Part shown: positions 34,165-40,786 of the stretch, piece by piece
Layout: each line of letters opens with the position of its first letter
How positions within the stretch are numbered: the first letter of the stretch is position 1
Source of the DNA: a virus
Lineage: Duplodnaviria; Caudoviricetes
Virus record (IMG/VR): IMGVR_UViG_3300027986_000005
Coordinates: 1 to 40,786 of that record
DNA length: 40,786 nt
Direction: 5' to 3' (one strand)
Program-made: the position numbers and the translations under genes
The notes under the pieces: model-generated
Database searches by the model: none
The model's input: only the letters and a program-made list of their open reading frames with translations
What the model was told of the DNA's origin: nothing

Positions 34165-34536
34165 CTACCCCTTAGCTTGCGGCAGGGAGAGAGGACAGCC
34201 GAGCGTAGCGCCCAGGGAATAGAGTTCCTGTTCGATTATGCGCGCTTCGTCCGGGGTAAGTTCGTTCGTCGGAATGGAGCTTTCAATGGTCTTCCCGGCT
34301 ATCACGCGGTCCCGTTTCGGGTAATAGAGCCGGTGGACAATGCCGTTAAATTCCTCATAAGTGATTCCATTGAACGCGGCGAGTTCGCGGACTAGAATTT
34401 TAACACGACTGCGAAGGTTTGTCGGTAGACGCTTCTTGTAAGGCTCTACAGTGACCGTATAGGCTTCACCAGAGGGCAGGCTATCGAGGTAGGCCCGGAG
34501 ATTGTCGCCAGCCGTGGGCCAGATAAACCGCTTCAT
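34165..34536 (-). CDS. NinB-like protein
   Basis: V-VEPYKKR...T-EL---E---I---L---GA-LG pattern; nin-region position. Confidence 0.6.
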   Translation of the reverse strand: MKRFIWPTAGDNLRAYLDSLPSGEAYTVTVEPYKKRLPTNLRSRVKILVRELAAFNGITYEEFNGIVHRLYYPKRDRVIAGKTIESSIPTNELTPDEARIIEQELYSLGATLGCPLSLPQAKG

Positions 34537-34838
34537 TTCAAGGCCGCTTCGATAATCTTTAGGGCTTCGCCTGATTTCACATGCTTCCCAGTGAATCGTA
34601 ATATTCTATAGCCGAGGAGAGCTGCGGCGTTGTACTTTTCGCAATCCCCCTGTAGCCCCATCCCCCGAGTATGCCTTCCCTGTACGAACCCTCCGCCTTC
34701 AATTTCAGCAGCCATAAACTTGGCTGGCCAACAAAAGTCGAATCGCCATCGCCTTGTCGGGTGGAATCTGTATTCTCGCTCATATTTAATCCCTACCGCC
34801 TTTAGTTGATATGCCAGCAATTCCTCTAAATCACTCAT
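34533..34838 (-). CDS. Small PD-(D/E)XK endonuclease (DUF559/Vsr-like, putative resolvase)
   Basis: EYRFHPTRRWRFDF, EIEGG, GRHTRG, DCEKYN-A--LG-R-LRFT. Confidence 0.85.
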   Translation of the reverse strand: MSDLEELLAYQLKAVGIKYEREYRFHPTRRWRFDFCWPAKFMAAEIEGGGFVQGRHTRGMGLQGDCEKYNAAALLGYRILRFTGKHVKSGEALKIIEAALK

Positions 34839-35194
34839 GCGCCTTCATACTTCACAATGCCAAGCTCTATGAGGCGATTGTGGCTCTTCACATACGCCCG
34901 CCAGAAATAGGATTCTAGGGAATCAGAGTTCACCAATGGGTCATGCCTACGACCGTCGAATAGGTCGTGACAGGACTGACAACAGAAACACCCGAACGGG
35001 TCACTTGCCTTTATCCCAGCACCCTTCCCACAGAAGTCATAGTTCGCGTGAGCCCATATAGTCGTTTCAGAGCCATAATCACAACCGGGGGCATTGAAGG
35101 TACAGACTTCCCCCTTAGCCGCCTGGGTGAGCTTCTTACTACGAATGTAAGGATATTTTCTGATTATCGGCCTGTAAGGCTCAGTCTTTTTCAT
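34835..35194 (-). CDS. DUF1364 (YbcO-like) nuclease-domain protein
   Basis: RSKKL--AA-GE-C...C....ET---AH...G-G-KA-D......C--CHD--DGR. Confidence 0.85.
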   Translation of the reverse strand: MKKTEPYRPIIRKYPYIRSKKLTQAAKGEVCTFNAPGCDYGSETTIWAHANYDFCGKGAGIKASDPFGCFCCQSCHDLFDGRRHDPLVNSDSLESYFWRAYVKSHNRLIELGIVKYEGA

Positions 35195-36420
35195 GGCACC
35201 AATAACTCATATTGCCCGTTCCATTCTGTCTTACGCTTTTCCATTAAAGCTAGATAGCGTTTATACCCATCGGATTTCTGTTGAGAGAAACCCAATCCCT
35301 TACACCAATAGTCATTCCGCAAGAGAGATTTACATACTCTGCGCCAGCTAGGAGCGCGTCGAGCGGCTTCCATCTCATATGCGGCTTCGTCCGGGATTCC
35401 TTCGGGATAACCTCTTGCCTTCCACCATCTTTCAAACAGAATCACTTTATTCTGGTAGTGAATCTGTGTTTTAGGCGGCATAGACCCGATTAGAAGTTTT
35501 GCAAAGGACTTCCAAGTATGTCCCGGAGGTTTTGTGATTCCTCGATAGCCGTTTATGTTCCCCCATTCTTGGACATACAAAGCGCCACCGTTAGCTCCGT
35601 TGACGCGGGATACAACCTTAGCCCAAGTCTGTGGCTCAATCAGATGGAAAAGCCACAACCCGCGCCTTTGGTCATCACCATAAGGCTGACAGATACGCAT
35701 ATACCCCATCGGTACCCCAGCTTGATACATGCGGTCATACAATGGATTAGACGGAAGATGTTTGTTTCTAGCGTGATAGGTCCAAAGGTCTGCGGCCTTC
35801 CAATCGTAAATCGGGTAGACGTTATACAATCCCGGCTCTACCAGCGAAGTCCACCGCTTACCCTGATAGGTTTCCTTTTTACTGAGTGCGATTGTTCTAA
35901 ATCGGTTTAGGCTTTCATCGGTACGGATACCTACAAAGCAAGCTGTATTCCTTCCCTTTCCATACCACTGACCGAACAACGGTACAAATTCCTCAAACTC
36001 CATTCCCTTATGGAAAAATGGGAAATAGCTTTCATCTGTAATAGCGCACTCAGGAGGGTTCCGTATCCAGCCGTCCTTAGCGTCTGGGTCCCAGCACATC
36101 CAAAACGGCTCGTACACACTCACAGCATTACGGAGATGGATAGGGAGGCATATCCAATAGAGTTCAATCTGCTCACGCCAAAGGTCTATGCACTTCTGAG
36201 CATGGGCCATCGTCAAAGCATATTGCCCTTCAAGGTCAATAATCATTACCCCGATTTTACGGTTACGCTTTTTTGCTTCCTCGCATACAAGGTGAAGCAT
36301 TACCGTCGAATCTTTACCCGCGCTGAATGAGAGATAGATTTTCTCAAATTCGTCAAACGCGAAAGAGATACGCTCTCTAGCGGCGGTCAATACATCAATA
36401 CCAGAAGGTTCTTTTAGCAT
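35191..36420 (-). CDS. ibrA: IbrA/YbdN-like PP-loop protein (PAPS-reductase superfamily plus DUF3440)
   Basis: SFSAGKDS PP-loop, GIR-DES-NR, YPIYDW---D-W, MRICQPYGDDQR-GL, PSWRR-CK-LL-NDYW. Confidence 0.88.
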   Translation of the reverse strand: MLKEPSGIDVLTAARERISFAFDEFEKIYLSFSAGKDSTVMLHLVCEEAKKRNRKIGVMIIDLEGQYALTMAHAQKCIDLWREQIELYWICLPIHLRNAVSVYEPFWMCWDPDAKDGWIRNPPECAITDESYFPFFHKGMEFEEFVPLFGQWYGKGRNTACFVGIRTDESLNRFRTIALSKKETYQGKRWTSLVEPGLYNVYPIYDWKAADLWTYHARNKHLPSNPLYDRMYQAGVPMGYMRICQPYGDDQRRGLWLFHLIEPQTWAKVVSRVNGANGGALYVQEWGNINGYRGITKPPGHTWKSFAKLLIGSMPPKTQIHYQNKVILFERWWKARGYPEGIPDEAAYEMEAARRAPSWRRVCKSLLRNDYWCKGLGFSQQKSDGYKRYLALMEKRKTEWNGQYELLVP

Positions 36421-36806
36421 AGTTCCAACTGCCTAATGGTTGTATTTTTCTCTAACCATTCGTCTAATACTTCCTGGGCGGCGGTATTAGCCGCATCCTG
36501 CTCTTGTTTATTAAGCATGTGCCAGCCGATGCGGGTGTTTTCCTCCGGGGAACCCACACCAATACAACAACCAGCATGACCTAACCAAGCAAGTCGGTTT
36601 GAATTTTCTACCGTTAGATTATGCGCGGCAGATTTACCCCACTGATTAGCCGCTATCCCCATATAATATTTAAATATGATGGGGTCGCGCATGAGGTTCG
36701 CCGCGTTTTTAGCATTTACCATCCTTTCATCGCCCCGGACAATTCGCCACATACCGGCTTTAAATTCGTCCAATTCCTCATAATGAAAATACTGCCGTTC
36801 AATCAT
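36414..36806 (-). CDS. Hypothetical protein between ibrB and ibrA homologues
   Basis: GAGGA RBS, ATG 36806; overlaps both neighbours; E---GMW, W--S--HNLT----NR-AWLG-A-C, TR-GW--L---Q--AN--A. Confidence 0.8.
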   Translation of the reverse strand: MIERQYFHYEELDEFKAGMWRIVRGDERMVNAKNAANLMRDPIIFKYYMGIAANQWGKSAAHNLTVENSNRLAWLGHAGCCIGVGSPEENTRIGWHMLNKQEQDAANTAAQEVLDEWLEKNTTIRQLELC

Positions 36807-37476
36807 TGGAGTCCTCGAATTGAATGTTATCGAGTTCAGAATCATCCAATGTTCCTGGATTCCAAGCTTCGCTAAACTCCCGGTCTGCGAACATCTCAGC
36901 TAACCCGGAAATCTGAGTCAGCCTTAAAACTTCATCGGGGTCCATACCCAACTGTTTACCAATCTTTTCATCCGACCAATTCCGCCTTTTAAGCTCAATC
37001 ACAATCTCAGACATTCCGTCTACCCGGTGTTTCCCGCGTGCGCGGTTGTGTCTGATAGTAGAAGCGATACGGTCACCACGGTCTTCCTGGGAGGGGTTGA
37101 TAGTCACCACCGGAAGATAGCCGTGTACTCGTTCTTGAATATCCTGACACTCTTTCCCGACGCGGTTTCTATGGAATCCATCAACCACACATCTACCGGA
37201 GGTCTCTGGGAATGTAACGATAGGCTGTGTATACCCATCTGCTGAAATACTCAGCCGCAATAATTCCATCTCAGGCGGAGCTACTGAATTAGGGTTGTAG
37301 TCATTCGCCACAACAGAATCAGCCTTTACCCATTCCACGAAATCAACCGGCTCATTCCTGAACGGCGAGACTTCGTGCAATAGACGCCGGATTGTATTGA
37401 TAGCTCTAATCCGTTCCTCTATCTCCAATTCAGGAAGTTTATTAACGCGCTTGAGAATTTCCCCTAGATTGTCCAT
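36799..37476 (-). CDS. ibrB: IbrB/YbdM-like ParB/Sulfiredoxin-domain protein with C-terminal HTH
   Basis: ANDYNPNSVAPPEM-LL--SI--DGYTQPIV, VDGFHR, STIRHNRARGKH, LGMD-DEVLRL. Confidence 0.9.
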   Translation of the reverse strand: MDNLGEILKRVNKLPELEIEERIRAINTIRRLLHEVSPFRNEPVDFVEWVKADSVVANDYNPNSVAPPEMELLRLSISADGYTQPIVTFPETSGRCVVDGFHRNRVGKECQDIQERVHGYLPVVTINPSQEDRGDRIASTIRHNRARGKHRVDGMSEIVIELKRRNWSDEKIGKQLGMDPDEVLRLTQISGLAEMFADREFSEAWNPGTLDDSELDNIQFEDSND

Positions 37477-37917
37477 TCAGTCCTCCGATACTTTGATGGA
37501 TTCTAAAATCTTTACTTTCCTCTCAATAGCTTTCACATACCCATCCGAGTTTATCTCTACCACACTAGCCAGCCGCGCCGCAGGTATTCCGTAGTGGTAA
37601 GCGTAAACCATCCTGCGCCAAGTATCGGTTTGCTTTCGGCAGTCGAGTAGGTATAACAGGGAGTCACGTAGGTTTCTGGAGTTGTCTTCGGTGAGTTCTG
37701 CGCGGGTAACTTCCGGGTCGTAGAGTCTGGCCGTCGAGCGCTTAAGTCCACCGCAACCCCGGCTCCATCCGTTGACCTTGTTCTGACAATACGAAGATTC
37801 CTGGTAGACGACAGCGGAAAGGGTAAGACCGAGCCCATTTGTTTCTCCTACCTGATAGGCCCTTACGGCCCAGTATTTTTGTGCCGCCGACAGGATTAAA
37901 ACTGCGGCGACTGACAC
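37477..37917 (-). CDS. Lysozyme-like / SLT lytic transglycosylase with N-terminal hydrophobic segment
   Basis: AVVYQESS catalytic Glu, G-GGL, AYHYG and GYV motifs; GTG 37917 overlapping upstream TAG. Confidence 0.7.
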   Translation of the reverse strand: MSVAAVLILSAAQKYWAVRAYQVGETNGLGLTLSAVVYQESSYCQNKVNGWSRGCGGLKRSTARLYDPEVTRAELTEDNSRNLRDSLLYLLDCRKQTDTWRRMVYAYHYGIPAARLASVVEINSDGYVKAIERKVKILESIKVSED

Positions 37918-38126
37918 TACGCTCGTCCTAACATATAGAACCAAACTCCACCGCGCCGGAAGCATTCTACCTGCTTACCGTTCGCTCGAAGCTCGGCTAT
38001 AATTGAATTGACGGCGCACACGTGAGCCTTCCTTATTAAATCCCGCGTCGAATAAGCTCCGCCCCGACGTAAAACGGCCAGGACTCTCTTAAGTCTAGTC
38101 GATTTATTTAGCTTTGCTGCGTTCAT
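37917..38126 (-). CDS. Winged-HTH protein
   Basis: VL-VLR-G---ST-DL......NS-IAELR-NG; TAAGGAG RBS. Confidence 0.7.
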   Translation of the reverse strand: MNAAKLNKSTRLKRVLAVLRRGGAYSTRDLIRKAHVCAVNSIIAELRANGKQVECFRRGGVWFYMLGRA

Positions 38127-38197
38127 ATCTATCTCCTTATTTCCGACAGGTAATCTTGTTCATGTGAGTGAGTCCTTGCACAGAAAGATATGCAGTA

Positions 38198-38398
38198 CTA
38201 GTAAGTTGCTGCCAGTTCATTTTGGATTTCATCTTCTTTCACAATAGGCTCACGGGGAATTCGATAGAAACACCACTCATCATTAGCATGTAGGTAATCA
38301 TGGGATTCCTGCGTTTCCCCATTTTCTACCCAATTACGGATAATTCTATAGAGAGATAGTTGCCCACACTTCTCGCATTGAATACAGGCGGCTTTCAT
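38198..38398 (-). CDS. Hypothetical zinc-binding protein
   Basis: CEKCG...H----C; ATGA overlap. Confidence 0.55.
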   Translation of the reverse strand: MKAACIQCEKCGQLSLYRIIRNWVENGETQESHDYLHANDEWCFYRIPREPIVKEDEIQNELAATY

Positions 38399-38589
38399 TT
38401 TGGCTCCTTCACTATTTTCAGGCTCACGTCCATCCGATTTTCTACAATCTTTTCTATAGCCTCCACTAACTTCATATGCTCATACCATGACCAAGGCGGC
38501 TCTTGGCCTGCATTGATTTTAGCCAGCGCCCATAGTCTTATTTCTCGCAGCATGTTGTCTGTAACTACAATAGGTTTATTCTCCATCAT
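38395..38589 (-). CDS. Hypothetical protein
   Basis: AGGAG RBS; GQEPPW-W. Confidence 0.65.
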   Translation of the reverse strand: MMENKPIVVTDNMLREIRLWALAKINAGQEPPWSWYEHMKLVEAIEKIVENRMDVSLKIVKEPK

Positions 38590-38606
38590 CTATCTCCTAT
38601 AGTGGG

Positions 38607-38909
38607 TTACTTCATCCAGTCCGGCGACTTGTAGAGTTCGTGATAACTAGCCGTCCCGCGCTTTTGTGTTTCGGGAGGCTTGCATCGGCTCCAATTTGAA
38701 ACCAGCGCCGAAATCGTTATCACGCAGCCGGGCGGCATTACTTTCGGATAGTGCTTGGCTCTAGCAATAATATCCTCCGGTGTCGCCCCTATCTCTCTCA
38801 GTTCCTTTAATGCCTTGTTCATCCTTCCGCGTTCACTTGCAGTAAGATTAGGCTTGTCACCATAGCAAGCAGTTAGAGCGGCTTCCCAAAGGAGATCAGG
38901 CTCACGCAC
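38607..38909 (-). CDS. Hypothetical protein resembling the C-terminal domain of phage replication initiators
   Basis: ERGR-NKA-K-L---GATP--I...T--AL---W pattern. Confidence 0.45.
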   Translation of the reverse strand: MREPDLLWEAALTACYGDKPNLTASERGRMNKALKELREIGATPEDIIARAKHYPKVMPPGCVITISALVSNWSRCKPPETQKRGTASYHELYKSPDWMK

Positions 38910-39209
38910 GTTTTAGCCATCCGCGCATAACAGCAACATCACAAAAGAAAGCTATACCACCGGCTTTCTCATCCATCCACTCACACTCAATCCGGCCTTT
39001 CTTGAAGATTCCGGCGTCTCTGGCGCGTCTCTGCCATTTAGCTATATTAGCCGCAGGGAGCCCGGTAAAATCCTGTAGAGCCTTAGCCCCGGTTCCGCAG
39101 AAAGCGGCTGATAGAAGCACGCAGGCCGCCTCCCATCCTTCCGCATCCGTCTTCTCAAGTTTCTTATCCATCTCGCGGATAGTTTTTTGAACTTCCTTGA
39201 AGGTCATTT
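38902..39209 (-). CDS. Hypothetical protein
   Basis: Start near GTG/ATG at 39221-39209 (MTFKEVQK...). Confidence 0.6.
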
Positions 39210-39211
39210 CC

Positions 39212-39415
39212 TTAGCCACGTTCCTGCTCCTCTGTGAATTGAGAGCTATCAACTGATGCAAGGAAAACAGCCATAGCAGCATCAGTCATTTGCTCAGTAA
39301 GATGTTCAGGCCACCAAGCATTAGGCAATGTTTCGGCCTCTGCCCTTTCCTCTAACCATGCTTCTATAACCTCATGGAGAGAATGGGCTAATTCCTTACC
39401 AGTAGATTCTTTCAT
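39212..39415 (-). CDS. Hypothetical acidic protein
   Basis: GGAGG RBS; ATGA overlap. Confidence 0.65.
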   Translation of the reverse strand: MKESTGKELAHSLHEVIEAWLEERAEAETLPNAWWPEHLTEQMTDAAMAVFLASVDSSQFTEEQERG

Positions 39416-39651
39416 TGAGTCCTCCAAACACGGATGCCTTCTGGCAGGTTACGGTATTCAAACTTCTTGGGAGCATGTTTCTTCTGTGCCCTATGGATAC
39501 GGCTAGAAATCGCCTTTTTATGGATTCCCTTAGCCTTGAAAGAATCGCCCACGTCCATCTCGCCCCAAGGATATTCCTCAGGAAGATTATCTAGGCGTCC
39601 AGGCATGGGGATACCCTTTTCAATCTCAACTTTATTCGGCGCTCTACTCAT
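39412..39651 (-). CDS. Small putative DNA-binding protein (IEKGIP-P...YPW--M-VGDSF...GIRVWR family)
   Basis: Recurrent phage motif; AGGAG RBS. Confidence 0.75.
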   Translation of the reverse strand: MSRAPNKVEIEKGIPMPGRLDNLPEEYPWGEMDVGDSFKAKGIHKKAISSRIHRAQKKHAPKKFEYRNLPEGIRVWRTQ

Positions 39652-39706
39652 TTACATATCTCCTGTTTCTATCGGGCAAACCAAGACCCTTTTCCTCTCT
39701 GTCCGA

Positions 39707-40057
39707 CTAGAGAAAATTCCTAGCCCATTGCAGGGAGTCTCTATCCGCTTCGCTTAAATGCGTGGAAGTCATCAAGGACTGCCAACGTTTATCGCTTTGC
39801 ACAATATCCCGTATCTGTTGAATAGCTCCATATCTAAACCATTCACCCTGTAATCTATGCCGCCTAAATTTCCTGTGTAGATATTTTTCCCAATCAAATG
39901 CCTTGGCGCGGCTGTCAAATGGAAACTTGGCGATGACCTTTAATTTCGAGCTATTCCCGGTCTGCAAATCGGCGCAGCGGCTTTCGGGGTCTTTCGATAC
40001 TCCGATTTTCACGGCCCCGTCGCTACTACGCTTCATGAAATACACATAAGCAACCAA
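39707..40057 (-). CDS. GIY-YIG / T5orf172-family protein
   Basis: YVYF, VKIGVS-DP--R---LQTGN, E--LH--F---RL-GEWF; GGAGG RBS before TTG 40057. Confidence 0.85.
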   Translation of the reverse strand: MVAYVYFMKRSSDGAVKIGVSKDPESRCADLQTGNSSKLKVIAKFPFDSRAKAFDWEKYLHRKFRRHRLQGEWFRYGAIQQIRDIVQSDKRWQSLMTSTHLSEADRDSLQWARNFL

Positions 40058-40165
40058 GAGAAGCCTCCGAAAGAAAACAGAAACCGGAATTACAAGCCCC
40101 CCCCTCCCCCCATGCTTAATCTCATGGAGGAAGCTGCCCCATATTTCAGGACAGGAAGACCAAGG

Positions 40166-40210
40166 GCAAGAAAAAGAAAGCCTAAAGGCCCGTGAGGCAG
40201 GCATTTAGGC
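40166..40210 (-). terminator. Intrinsic terminator within the leftward early operon
   Basis: GCCTAAA...TTTAGGC stem followed by TTTCTTTTCTT on the minus strand. Confidence 0.6.
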
Positions 40211-40538
40211 CTTTCTCTTTCCGGCAGGTCAGGCATTTTCGTTGTGGTACAAGTCAGGCGAGATAGGGAATTAACCCTATAGAATCTAGGCGGGACTGAG
40301 ACTATAATTCCCCTTGAGGAACTGCCTCGGCCAGCGCTGAACTCGCTTGGCTCTCCCTCCCGGCATTGCCACACGCGGGAGGGACTTATTTGGGTACCCG
40401 GCGCTGCAACGCCGGAGACCACAGACCTGATTATAGTCAAACCGTTACACATATCAAGTGTTTACCCTAGTCGATTTTCAGGTCTTTCCCCGCAATCCTC
40501 TTTAGCTCAGTGGGGGATTATTGGACCTATCTGTTTAG

Positions 40539-40778
40539 CTACCGGGAACGCTTACCGGATTTAATGCCAGCTTCAAATGCTAATTTTGCCAGTTCCATAT
40601 CTCTACTCAAATCCGGGTTAGGAACTTTCTCTTCGGTTACAGACAAACCATTAGCTATCCAAAGCATCGCCAATTCTTTATCAGGAGTGCATGTAATTCC
40701 AGATGTCCACTCAGAAACTAAGCGATGCTCGGACGCATAATCAATCCACCATTTTTCAAATGCTCCAGCGCGTTTCAC
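40539..40778 (-). CDS. Hypothetical protein spanning the contig junction
   Basis: GTG at 40778 (=119) with TAGGAG RBS at about 128-133 of the contig start; FEKWW...AFEAG. Confidence 0.65.
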   Translation of the reverse strand: MKRAGAFEKWWIDYASEHRLVSEWTSGITCTPDKELAMLWIANGLSVTEEKVPNPDLSRDMELAKLAFEAGIKSGKRSR

Positions 40779-40786
40779 TGACTAAG
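40660..40786 (+). repeat. 127-bp terminal direct repeat, copy 2
   Basis: Identical to 1-127. Confidence 0.97.

Larger units (their letters stand above)
1..40786. mobile_element. Complete P22-like tailed phage genome (circular/permuted contig), Gram-negative host
   Basis: Full terminase-portal-scaffold-coat-neck-ejection-fibre-lysis gene set; spanin pair implies an outer membrane; contig ends overlap. Confidence 0.95.

Noticed and set aside
35191-36420. PAPS reductase as a sulfur-assimilation auxiliary gene
   Set aside because: Has the DUF3440-type C-terminus and IbrB partner; lacks the CysH C-terminal ECGLH motif
36799-37476. Plasmid-prophage partition ParB
   Set aside because: Motifs are IbrB/YbdM-type; no ParA or parS array seen
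40090-40452. 120-aa minus-strand ORF
   Set aside because: No RBS, low-information Ser/Arg/Pro composition, crosses a predicted terminator
40660-40786. 127-bp terminal repeat as a biological DTR
   Set aside because: Length equals a common assembler k-mer and it falls inside a gene; it indicates circularity, not a physical terminus
1-40786. Genome-wide TAG reassignment (alternative genetic code)
   Set aside because: Large genes are uninterrupted in the standard code and several genes end in TAG with tight overlaps (e.g. 17827-17829, 37917-37919); only one in-frame TAG case was seen

Overview
The window is an apparently complete ~40.66 kb tailed-phage genome. Bases 1-127 repeat exactly at 40660-40786, most likely an assembly overlap of a circular contig. 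It has a P22-like (podovirus) morphogenesis block on the minus strand: terminases, portal, scaffold, coat, gp4/gp10-like neck proteins, three ejection proteins and a short tail fibre. A Gram-negative lysis cassette (holin-like genes, DUF5675-type enzyme, Rz/Rz1 spanins) follows. There is a plus-strand early/recombination arm (SSB-like protein, PD-(D/E)XK exonuclease) and a nin-like region. I could not recognise an integrase, CI-type repressor, helicase/primase, polymerase or N/Q antiterminator. The most unusual points are: (1) a translationally coupled IbrB(ParB/Srx)-unknown-IbrA(PP-loop/DUF3440) module, a candidate DNA-modification system; (2) near-total absence of GATC (one site found by eye); (3) at least four highly structured non-coding RNA candidates, two tRNA-shaped and one with its own promoter and terminator; (4) an in-frame amber stop splitting a holin-like gene; (5) a micropeptide plus multi-TM protein pair heading the lysis cassette; (6) two similar divergent promoter pairs; (7) a shared inserted domain in both neck proteins and a stand-alone PASTA gene. 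All family calls are from motif recognition by eye; no searches were run.
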